Below are positions 17,640 to 35,200 of a stretch of DNA of 64,000 nucleotides, one piece after another; within the stretch, counting starts at the first letter, position 1, and the number at the start of each line of letters is the position of its first letter. Source of the stretch: Eledone cirrhosa (lineage: Eukaryota); the NCBI GenBank assembly GCA_964016885.1, contig OZ024742.1, positions 301,816,001 through 301,880,000 on the forward strand, in the 5' to 3' direction. The translations under genes were made by a program, and so were the position numbers. The notes under the pieces are model-generated. The model was not told where the DNA came from. It worked only from the letters and a program-made list of their open reading frames with translations, and ran no database searches.

Positions 17640-17921
17640 GAATATAGACATAGAATATTCGAAAATATTCTGTATGTTTATAATAAACATTTTGAAGACC
17701 TAATCGCTATAGAATAGAATACGTCACGTATTAGCGATTAGGTCTTCAAAATGTTTATTATAAACATACAGAATATTTTCGAATATTCTATGTCTATATT
17801 CACATATATATCGCTATTTCAGAGCATTTATTCCAATTTCTAATTTCTGCCGGACCGGCACCGCTCTTTCAAACCAGTTCCTGTACACAAGCTAAGTATT
17901 CTATAAGTCTCTAGCTGTGTC

Positions 17922-18010
17922 ATTCTCGATAAAAGCACTGGATATGTAGTCCTGAAGATTTCTAACAAGAATGAAACGCGTAGATTACTTCCCTTGCTTT
18001 TATCGAGAAT
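17922..18010 (+). ncRNA. type I hammerhead ribozyme, copy 1 (predicted cleavage after 17982)
   Basis: GTAGTC-CTGAAGA-TTTCT(AACA)AGAAT-GAAA-CGCG-TA^-GATTAC; stem I extended by the 16-bp helix ATTCTCGATAAAAGCA/TGCTTTTATCGAGAAT. Confidence 0.9.
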
Positions 18011-18231
18011 CTAATTGTAATACGTGACGTATTCTATTCTATAGCGATTAGGTCTTCAAAATGTTTATTATAAACATACAGAATATTTTCGAATATTCTA
18101 TGTCTATATTCACATATATATCGCTATTTCAGAGCATTTATTCCAATTTCTAATTTCTGCCGGACCGGCAACCGCTCTTTCAAACCAGTTCCTGTACACA
18201 GCTAAGTATTCTATAAGTCTCTAGCTGTGTC

Positions 18232-18320
18232 ATTCTCGATAAAAGCACTGGATATGTAGTCCTGAAGATTTCTAACAAGAATGAAACGCGTAGATTACTT
18301 CCCTTGCTTTTATCGAGAAT
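18232..18320 (+). ncRNA. type I hammerhead ribozyme, copy 2
   Basis: Identical to copy 1, offset 310. Confidence 0.9.
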
Positions 18321-18540
18321 CTAATTGTAATACGCGACGTATTCTATTCTGTAGCGATTAGGTCTTCAAAATGTTTATTATAACATACAGAATATTTTCG
18401 AATATTCTATGTCTATATTCACATATATATCGCTATTTCAGAGCATTTATTCCAATTTCTAATTTCTGCCGGACCGGCAACCGCTCTTTCAAACCAGTTC
18501 CTGTACACAGCTAAGTATTCTATAAGTCTCTAGCTGTGTC

Positions 18541-18629
18541 ATTCTCGATAAAAGCACTGGATATGTAGTCCTGAAGATTTCTAACAAGAATGAAACGCGT
18601 AGATTACTTCCCTTGCTTTTATCGAGAAT
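18541..18629 (+). ncRNA. type I hammerhead ribozyme, copy 3
   Basis: Identical to copy 1, a further 309 bp on. Confidence 0.9.
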
Positions 18630-18770
18630 CTAATTGTAATACGTGACGTATTCTATTCTATAGCGATTAGGTCTTCAAAATGTTTATTATAAACATACAG
18701 AATATTTTCGAATATTCTATGTCTATATTCACATATATATCGCTATTTTCAGAGCATTTATTCCAATTTC

Positions 18771-22359
<3,589 letters not shown>

Positions 22360-22515
22360 AAAAACAAATAACGAAACGAAATTAAATTTCGTTTCGTTAT
22401 TTGTTTTTATCGTTTCCGCTGAACCGGTGCGTACAATGACTCACGTTCTATGCAAATTACTCTACCCACTACTAATTTTCATAGAAAAAGCATATAACGA
22501 TATGTGCTTTTACAA

Positions 22516-22608
22516 TTCTCCAGAGAAGCCGGAAGATGGTTAAATATTGCTGATGAGATGTAATAACATCGAAACTAGTCCAATATTCCTGTCTGGCCCT
22601 CTGGAGAA
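22516..22608 (+). ncRNA. type I hammerhead ribozyme (predicted GUC cleavage after 22580)
   Basis: AATATTG-CTGATGA-GATGT(AATA)ACATC-GAAA-CTAG-TC^-CAATATT; distal helix TTCTCCAGAG/CTCTGGAGAA. Confidence 0.92.
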
Positions 22609-22984
22609 TAGAGGAAATGTGTTTCCTTGAAAACCCGTATGACTCTAAAACCCGGTCCGTCTGTGTGGTTACATACATACTAGCTGACACTCACTGTAAA
22701 GTGTCTAGTGAAAAGCTGAGTACATGTACATATGTATACATGTGTGTATTTATATGCATACTAATACTTCCGTATACATATGTAAATGTACACTTTAAAT
22801 TAATTGTTTAAGCGTCAGTCATACAAAAGTGAGTTAGAAGCGAAACGAAATTTAATTTCGTTTCGTTATTTGTTTTTATCGTTTCCGCTGAACCGGTGCG
22901 TACAATGACTCACGTTCTATGCAAATTAGTCTACCCACTACTAATTTTCATAGAAAAAGCATATAACGATATGTGCTTTTACAA

Positions 22985-23077
22985 TTCTCCAGAGAAGCCG
23001 GAAGATGGGTAAATATTGCTGATGAGATGTAATAACATCGAAACTAGTCCAATATTCCTGTCTGGCCCTCTGCAGAA
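22985..23077 (+). ncRNA. type I hammerhead ribozyme, second copy
   Basis: Same core as 22516, offset 469; one substitution in the distal helix. Confidence 0.9.
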
Positions 23078-23276
23078 TAGAGGAAATGTGTTTCCTTGAA
23101 AACCCGTATGACTCTAAAACCCGGTCCGTCTGTGTGGTTACATACAGACTAGCTGACACTCACTGTAAAGTGTCTAGTGAAAAGCTGAGTACATGTACAT
23201 ATGTATACATGTGTGTATTTATATGCATACTAATACTTCCGTATACATATGTAAATGTACACTTTAACTTAATTGT

Positions 23277-23379
23277 ATATATATGTATATATATATGTAT
23301 ATATATATATATGTATATATATATGTATATATATATATGTATATATATATATATGTATATATATATATGTATATATATG

Positions 23380-23424
<45 letters not shown>

Positions 23425-23791
23425 GTATATATATATGTATATATATATGTATATATATATGTATATATATATGTATGTATATATGTATGTATATATATAT
23501 GTATATATGTATGTATATATGTATGTATATATATATGTATATATGTATGTATATATATATGTATATATATATGTATATATATATGTATATATATATGTAT
23601 ATATATATGTATATATATATGTATATATATATGTATATATATATGTATATATATATGTATATATATATGTATATATGTATATATATATGTATATATATAT
23701 GTATATATATATGTATATGTATATATATATGTATATATATATGTATATATATATGTATATATATATGTATATATATATGTATATATATATG

Positions 23792-23822
<31 letters not shown>

Positions 23823-23841
23823 GTATATATATATGTATATA

Positions 23842-23926
<85 letters not shown>

Positions 23927-24498
23927 GTATATATATGTATATATGTATATATATATATATGTATATATATGTATATATATATATGTATATATATATATAT
24001 GTATATATATGTATATATATATATGTATATATATATGTATATATATATATGTATATATATATGTATAGATATATGTATATATATATGTATAGATATATGT
24101 ATATATATATGTATATATATATATGTATAGATATATGTATAGATATATGTATATATATATATGTATATATATATATGTATATATATATGTATCTATATAT
24201 GTATCTATATATGTATCTATATATGTATATATATATATATATATGTGTATATATATATATGTATATATATATATGTATATATATGTGTATATATATATGT
24301 GTATATATATATGTGTATATATATGTGTATATATATATGTGTATATATATGTGTATATATATATGTGTATATATATATGTGTATATATATATGTGTATAT
24401 ATATGTGTATATATATATGTATATATATATGTGTATATATATATGTGTATATATATATGTATATATATATATATATATACATGTATATATATATATAT

Positions 24499-24568
<70 letters not shown>

Positions 24569-24582
24569 ATATATATATATAT

Positions 24583-24620
<38 letters not shown>

Positions 24621-24811
24621 ATATGTATATATATATATATATACATGTATATATGTATATATATACATGTATATATGTATATATATATACATGTATATAT
24701 GTATATATATACATATGTATATATATACATGTATATATATATATATATGTATATATATACATGTATATATATGTATATATATACATGTATATATATATAT
24801 AGATATATATG

Positions 24812-24845
<34 letters not shown>

Positions 24846-24852
24846 TATATGT
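23277..24852. repeat. degenerate (TA)n array
   Basis: Direct inspection. Confidence 0.97.
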
Positions 24853-25370
24853 AAATAGAAAATATGAGTGGAACAGCAACATCACAACTTACAATTAAGG
24901 ACAAAATAAAAATACACACACACATAGAACAAACAACCAACCAGTAACATGTAAATAAATAAATAAATAAACAAATAGATAAATGAACATAAACACACAC
25001 AGACACCCGGATGTGGCGCATGCGCAGACTGATCACACAACACACACACAGAAACAAAATGGCGTAGGACAGAACAAAGGAGAGGCACAGAAACAAAGAA
25101 AGGAATCCCCAGTCACTGAAGAGGTCACAGAGTGTGTGACGAAAGGACTATGACTATATATAAACAACTATCTGGTTGTGGAACCAACCAACCAACCAGA
25201 AATGTATAAATTTATAAATTTGTAAATTTATAAATATATAATAAATTGAAGTGAAAGCAACTGGTGCGTGTGTTTCTTATTGGCAACATGACCCTCCCAA
25301 AGCATAACAATATCGGTTTCAACACACGATTTCAGATAAAGAATCTTGCTAAACAAATTCAGAAACGAAA
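24853..25370 (+). mobile_element. ~520-bp non-coding hammerhead-bearing insertion in (TA)n (Penelope-like terminus)
   Basis: Unique island flanked by TA repeats; hammerhead at 25111; decayed relatives at 6355 and ~7660. Confidence 0.7.
25111..25155 (+). ncRNA. minimal type I hammerhead ribozyme
   Basis: AGTCA-CTGAAGA-G-GTCACA(GAGTG)TGTGAC-GAAA-GGAC-TA^-TGACT. Confidence 0.8.
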
Positions 25371-25392
25371 TATGTATGTATATATATACATG

Positions 25393-25427
<35 letters not shown>

Positions 25428-25448
25428 ATATGTATATATATGTATATG

Positions 25449-25493
<45 letters not shown>

Positions 25494-25514
25494 GTATATA
25501 TATATGTATATATG

Positions 25515-25545
<31 letters not shown>

Positions 25546-25623
25546 GTATATAGGAACCAGTAAGACCTTGACGGCTGAGCTCAAGCCGTTTCGACGGCTA
25601 ATTCTGGACTAAATGAAAATATG

Positions 25624-25654
<31 letters not shown>

Positions 25655-25732
25655 GTATATGTATATATATATATGTATATATATATATGTATATATATAT
25701 GTATATATATATGTGTATATGTATATGTATAT

Positions 25733-25782
<50 letters not shown>

Positions 25783-25903
25783 GTATGTATATATATATAT
25801 GTATGTATATATATATGTATATATATATATGTATATATATATATATGTATATGTATATATATATATGTATGTATATATATATATGTATGTATATATATAT
25901 ATG

Positions 25904-25948
<45 letters not shown>

Positions 25949-26022
25949 GTATGTATATATATATATGTATATATATATATGTATATATATATATATGTAT
26001 ATATATATATGTATATATATAT

Positions 26023-26626
26023 ACGACAAAGCATAAATGAATTGAGAGAGAGACTGAGCATAAGAGGAATCAAATGCTGCGTGCAGGAGAGGCGGTTACG
26101 CTGGTATGGACATGTGATGCGTATGAAGGATGACAGCTGCATAAAAAGGTGCAGAGCACTAGAAGTTGATGGAAACCGCGGAGTGGGGAGACCCAAGATG
26201 ACTTGGGATGAGGTGATAAAAGCCGACCTTACCCAACTACACCTCTCAAAGTCAATGACACACGACCGTGACTTCTGGCGTCACGCAGTAATACAGGGTA
26301 CCCGACCTCCCATGGGTACATGCTGAAGCATATAAACAATATGCCCCCCCCCCCCACCGCAAGGTGGTCGTGGAGGTGCCACGGCAAAAAAGCACCCAGC
26401 CCACACTGTAAAGTGGACGTGTAGGCGCCACGAAAAAGCACCCAGCACTCACTGTAAATGAGGTTGGTGTTAGGAAGGGCATCCAGCTGTAGAAATCAAG
26501 CCAGATCAGTTCCTGTATGAGCAAGGCATGGTCAGCCGACCAGACACTGCCCACAACAGGACAACCCGTCTAACCCATGCTAGCGTGGAAGAACGGACGT
26601 AAAACGGTGATGATGATGATGATGAT
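26023..26626 (+). mobile_element. 3' fragment of RTE LINE family B
   Basis: Near-identical to 35215-35827; (GAT)n tail. Confidence 0.95.
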
Positions 26627-26671
26627 ATATATATATATGTATATGTATATATATATATGTATATATATATG

Positions 26672-26703
<32 letters not shown>

Positions 26704-26993
26704 CATATATATGTATATATGTATATATATATACATGTATATGTATGTATATGTATACATGTATATATATATATATATACATGTGTATATATATATATAT
26801 ATATACATGTATATATATATATATATATACATGTGTATATATATATATATATATACATGTGTATATATATATATATATATACATGTGTATATATATATAT
26901 ATATATACATGTATATATATATATATATACATGTATATATATATATATACATGTGTATATATATATACATGTATATATATATATATATACATG

Positions 26994-27076
<83 letters not shown>

Positions 27077-27096
27077 GTATATATATATATATATAT

Positions 27097-27186
<90 letters not shown>

Positions 27187-27222
27187 ATATATATGTATAT
27201 ATATACATGTATATATATATAT

Positions 27223-27637
27223 ATTAATTCTTTTGAATTTGCCACTTGACCAAGGAGGCAGGGAATTTTTCAGTGCTTAGAATCTAGCCCCGCTCGATTT
27301 TTTTTTTTTTCGATTTTTTCCATCCACTGAATTATTGTTATATAAGCTTCCAGTGTCCCGCATTGCCTGGTGGCTTAGCTGAGAATAGATTCCCTGATGA
27401 CGTAAGGCTTCTCTACAGGTATTACATAACTGTATTTATCCCCTTACAGAAACTAATTAGTTGTAGTGAAATTTTAGTAAGTAAGTCAATTTTCATAACT
27501 TTCTTATTTACGTCTTTCATATATATTTTTCTGCATTCCCCTGCATAGAACTACAGAGTTACTAAGACAAAACATATATATCTGCTAGTGTAGGTATGCA
27601 TCTGTATACATATGTCGGTAGATATATTAATTCTTTA
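27223..27637 (+). mobile_element. ~400-bp insertion in (TA)n with terminal direct repeat and candidate hammerhead
   Basis: ATATTAATTCTTT at both ends; CTGATGA at 27394, GTAAGG/CCTTAC stem II, GAAA-CTAATTAG-TT at 27449-27462. Confidence 0.6.
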
Positions 27638-27861
27638 TATATATATATATACATGTATATATATACATGTATATATATACATATATACATGTATATATAT
27701 ACATATATACATGTATATATATACATATATACATATATATATATACATGTATATATATATACATATATATATATATATACATGTATATATATATACATAT
27801 ATATATATATATACATGTATATATATACATGTATATATATACATGTATATATATACATGTT

Positions 27862-27965
<104 letters not shown>

Positions 27966-27990
27966 CATATATATACATATATATATATAC

Positions 27991-29480
27991 ATCATTATCA
28001 TCAGGTTTAGCTTGCATGGGTTTGGACGGGGGTTTTCCCACTTGAGGCAAGAGTGGTTGTCTTGCTCGCATAGGACTGTCTGGCGGGTTTTCTACAGCTG
28101 GATGCCCTTCCTAACACCAACCACATTTACAGTGTTGGGCTGGGAGGTTTTTACCGTGTTGCCTACACGGCCACATTTACAGCGTGGACTGTGTGTTTTT
28201 TTGTCGTGACACCTACACGATCTCATTTGTTTCGGCCTCGATGGCGCGGCACCAACATAACTTTACATAGAACGGGGTGGTGTGGATCGGGTGGTGGTGG
28301 TGGGACGGGGTGTATTTTGTTAGAGATGCCTACTGGCTGGAGTAGGTTTTACTATATATTTAGGTAAGGCGGGTCTTCTCTGTTACTGAGTACCGCCAAA
28401 GGTCTCGGTCCAGTGACATTGTCTTGGAGAGGTGTAAGTGTGTGATGTCGGAGTTTATCAGCTCGTCCCAGGTTTTTCTAGGTCTGCCTATTCCGTGACT
28501 ACCGTCTATCTTTATTGCCCTGCACTTTGTTATACAGCTATCGACTTTCATGCGCATCACGTGTCCATACCAACGTAGCCTTCTCTCGAGTAAACAACAT
28601 CTGATCCCTCTTATCTCTAATTTTTTCCTTAGTTCGTTTATGCTTTGCCGTTCACGTATATTACTGTTACACATCCAGCGGAGCATGCAAGCTTCGTTCC
28701 TCTCTAGTCTGCGTATATCCTCTGCACACAATGCCCAGGTCTCACTGCCATGCAGCATTGCTGTTCGTATGCAGGCATCGTACAACCTGCCTTTCATTTT
28801 TAGTGAGAACCCTTTAGCAGCTAATAGTGGTATAAGCTCTCTGAACTTTTTCCAACCAGTTCTGACTCTAGCTACAGTACTTTCAGAGCACCCTCCCCCA
28901 CTGCTGATTTTATCGCCCAGGTAACGGAAGCTGTCCACTATTTCTATAGAACCCTCTGCGCAATTGAAAGAGCTAGTAGTTTGTGGGCACTTGCTGCTAC
29001 TTATTGCACCAGAGCACCGGCCACATGTAAAATCTATGTTCTTAGTTAGCTTACCTGTGATCCCACTACATCTTTTATGCACCCATACTTTGCATTTAGG
29101 ACATAAAATGGAGTTTCTACCTACGCCTTTCCTACACACCGAGCACGACCATTTCCCAGAAGGGACCGCCGCCTTGTTTTCTTTCCTGGTATAAGCTCTC
29201 TGAACTTTTTCCAACCAGTTCTGACTCTAGCTACAGTACTTTCAGAGCACCCTCCCCCACTGCTGATTTTATCGCCCAGGTAACGGAAGCTGTCCACTAT
29301 TTCTATAGAACCCTCTGCGCAATTGAAAGAGCTAGTAGTTTGTGGGCACTTGCTGCTACTTATTGCACCAGAGCACCGGCCACATGTAAAATCTATGTTC
29401 TTAGTTAGCTTACCTGTGATCCCACTACATCTTTTATGCACCCATACTTTGCATTTAGGACATAAAATGGAGTTTCTACT
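27991..29480 (-). mobile_element. 5'-truncated RTE family A copy with ~290-bp internal duplication
   Basis: Reverse complement of ~11970-13120; 29188-29480 repeats ~28829-29120. Confidence 0.93.
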
Positions 29481-29488
29481 ATATATAC

Positions 29489-29541
<53 letters not shown>

Positions 29542-29559
29542 CATATATATATATACATA

Positions 29560-29664
<105 letters not shown>

Positions 29665-29665
29665 G

Positions 29666-29728
<63 letters not shown>

Positions 29729-29772
29729 ATATATACATATACATATATATACATATATATACATATATATAC

Positions 29773-29826
<54 letters not shown>

Positions 29827-29828
29827 AC

Positions 29829-29880
<52 letters not shown>

Positions 29881-29892
29881 ACATATATATAC

Positions 29893-29963
<71 letters not shown>

Positions 29964-30152
29964 CATATATATACATACATATATATATATATATACATAT
30001 ATATACATACATATATATATATACATACATATATATATATACATACATATATATATATACATATATATATATACATATATATATATACATATACATATAT
30101 ATATATATACATATATATATATACATATATATATATACATATATATATATAC

Positions 30153-30183
<31 letters not shown>

Positions 30184-30184
30184 C

Positions 30185-30215
<31 letters not shown>

Positions 30216-30271
30216 CATGTATATATATACATGTTTATATATACATATATATATATTTATATATATATATA

Positions 30272-30375
30272 CATCATTATCATCAGGTTTAGCTTGCATG
30301 GGTTTGGACGGGGGTTTTCCCACTTGAGGCAAGAGTGGTTGTCTTGCTCGCATAGGACTGTCTGGCGGGTTTTCT
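30272..30375 (-). mobile_element. RTE family A 3' tail fragment
   Basis: Identical to 27991-28094. Confidence 0.9.
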
Positions 30376-32213
<1,838 letters not shown>

Positions 32214-35200
32214 AAACCTAGCATGCCATTTCCACTGCTGCTGCTACTACCTGCCTAACTAACTCTCTCCTCCTCTGGCGCATCCCAACACACCCTGCCA
32301 TTACCCCACCACCACTGTTCTTCTAGCCCTCAATTTTCCCACCGTTATGGATGGATGAGCTGGGAATACACGAGCAACTCTGAATCAATAGATGAAATAT
32401 GAATCTGCGAGCTACCAAGCACCCACGTGAAGCGCCAACCCAGAGACCCTCCCCTACGAGTGTCGACAAATGCCCAAAACTCCGAGTTGGTACCATCAAT
32501 GTAGGCTCAATGAAAGGAAGAGCAGGAGAAATCGTAGAAATGCTAGAGCGAAAGGAAGTTGATGTATGCTGTGTGCAAGAGACTAGATGGAGAGGAGGGT
32601 CTGCTAGAGTCCTTGTAGGAAAAAGCCAGTGCTACAAATTTTTCTGGGTGGGAAATGACGATGGGATGGGTGGTGTAGGTATACTATTAGCTGACAAGTG
32701 GGTAGATAAAGTAATCTCAGTGTACAGGGTAAATGCAAGAATCATTAAACTTAGACTAGTCCTGAATAAGACAATTACCACAATAATATCAGCTTACGCA
32801 CCCCAATCGGGGCTGCCAGACGAACTTAAGGATAGGTTTTACGAGTCCCTAATACACACTACTGCTCTAACAGACGACAAGGACTTCCTAATCATTGCAG
32901 GAGATTTTAACGGACACGTAGGTAAACACTGCGACGGCTTCAATAGAGTACATGGAGGCCATGGAGTTGGCACAAGGAATGAGGAAGGATTCAGACTTCT
33001 AGAATTCTGCGACGCCAATGACATGTCGATATGTAACACAAACTTTAAAAAACCCGACAACCACCTGATCACCTATAGATCAGGGGAGCACTCTAGTCAG
33101 TTAGATTTTATCCTCATCAGAGGACGTGACAGATGGACGGTCGTAAACACAAAAGCCTTCCCTAGTGAGGAATGTACATCCCAACATAGCTTAGTTGTCA
33201 GCGACCTCACGGTCAGAACTAGACGAGCCCTGAAACAGAGGCCAACCTGGAGAAGAAAGATCTGGAAGCTGAAAGTCCCCTCAACCAGTAACAGATTTAA
33301 AGATATTTTACTCAACGCCTACGACAGTAAAGAAGAACAGATAGAGACATTTAACGTAGAAGAGAACTGGGAGTTCCTAAAAAATAACTTACTAGAGGCG
33401 ACGGATGAGGTTTGTGGCTGGAGTAAGACCTCAAGCAGGAGGAGAGTGACTTGGTGGTGGAACAATAAGGTAGATGAAGCAGTCAAGGCCAAGAGACAGG
33501 CATGGAAAGAATGGAAGAACGGGGGGAGCAGGGTACATTACATAGAGACCAAGAGGGAAGCTAGGCGACAAGTATACTTAGCTAGGAGGGAAGCAGAGGA
33601 TAGAAAATTCAAGCATGTTTTACAACGTGAGGACCAGAAACAGGAGGTATTCAAGATTGCGAGGCAGTGTGTCAGAGATAGTTGTGATGTCATTGGAGAG
33701 AAGTGTATCCGGAATGATAAAGGTGAGCTTGCCCTCACAAGTGCTGAGAAGAAAGATGCATGGAAGAGTCATTATGATAGATTACTAAATGAGGAGAATG
33801 CATGGGAAGAAGAGACCCTACCCCACGTAGACCCTATAGAGGGACCAGCAGTACAAGTCAGCGGCAGCGTAGTAAGTAAGGCAATCAGAGATATGAAGAT
33901 AGGGAAGGCAACCGGTCCATCGGGTATAGCTGCCGAGATGCTGAAGGCATTTGGGTCTGTAGGTCACACTATAACCACACGTATCGTTAACCAGGTAATA
34001 CTAGAGGGGGCCATACCAAAAGATTGGTGCAGTAGCATCATTGTCAACTGCTACAAAGGTAAAGGCGATGCACTAGATAGAGGAAACTATAGAGGTATAA
34101 AGTTGATGGACCAGGTCATGAAAGTAACAGAAAGAGTTATAGCACAGCTGATTAGGGACCGGGTGAATATAGACGAGATGCAATTTGGGTTTGTACCAGG
34201 GAAAGGCACCACTGATGCCCTCTTCCTTGTGAGGCAATTACAGGAAAAGTACCTAGCTAAAAGTAAGCCACTCTACTTGGCATTTGTCGACCTTGAGAAA
34301 GCCTTTGACAGAGTTCCACGTGCAGTAATCTGGTGGGCTCTTAGAAAACTAGGAGTAGATGAATGGCTTGTGAAAGCGGTACAAGCCATGTATAGGGGAG
34401 CAGTCAGCAAAGTTAGGATTGGCAATGAGTATAGCGAGGAATTTAGCGTACAGGTTGGGGTCCACCAGGGCTCTGTTCTTAGCCCTCTCCTGTTCATCAT
34501 AGTCCTGCAGGCAATAACGGAGGAGTTTAAGACCGGATGCCCATGGGAACTCCTGTATGCTGATGACCTCGCACTCATAGCTGAATCTATGGTAGAACTA
34601 GAGAATAAATTCCAAACCTGGAAGCAGGGACTAGAGAGAAAGGGCCTCAAAGTCAACATGACAAAGACTAAGGTCCTTGTAAGTAGACGAGAAAACAGAA
34701 CCCAGATCCCCTCAGGGAAATGGCCTTGCTCAGTATGTAGGAAAGGTGTAGGTAGAAACTCCATTCTCTGCCCCAAATGCAAACAATGGGTACACAAGAG
34801 ATGTAGCGGGATCTCAGGAAGCTTAATTAAGAATATAGGATTCACATGCAGCAGCTGTGCTGAAACAGCAAGCAAACAGCCACAGGAAACAAGTACCACC
34901 AATCTCTGGGAGGGCCCTGTAGAAACAGTAGACAGCTTCTGCTACCTAGGTGACCGAATTAGCAACGGAGGTGGGTGCTCAGAAAGTACAATAACTAGGG
35001 TAAGAACGGGATGGAAGAAGTTTAGGGAACTACTACCACTGCTAGCTGCAAAAGGCTTCTCCCTCAGAATGAAAGGCAGACTGTATGATGCGTGTATCCG
35101 AACAGCGATGTTGCATGGTAGTGAGACCTGGGCGCTGAAGGTGGAAGACTTACGTAGATTAGAGAGAAACGAAGCCTGCATGCTCCGATGGATGTGTAAC

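Larger units (their letters stand above)
17640..18770 (+). mobile_element. tandem ~310-bp hammerhead-bearing units (non-LTR retrozyme or Penelope pLTR-like), ~3.3 copies plus ~94-bp inverted arm
   Basis: Near-identical units with period 310/309; 17640-17733 is the reverse complement of unit sequence; one hammerhead per unit. Confidence 0.85.
22360..23276 (+). mobile_element. dimer of a 469-bp hammerhead-bearing unit with short inverted 5' end
   Basis: Two near-identical units offset 469; starts with palindrome AAAAACAAATAACGAAACGAAATT-A-AATTTCGTTTCGTTATTTGTTTTT. Confidence 0.85.

Noticed and set aside
32214-32398. HDV-like ribozyme, as known in some RTE 5' UTRs
   Set aside because: Could not build the nested double pseudoknot by eye; needs a covariance-model search.
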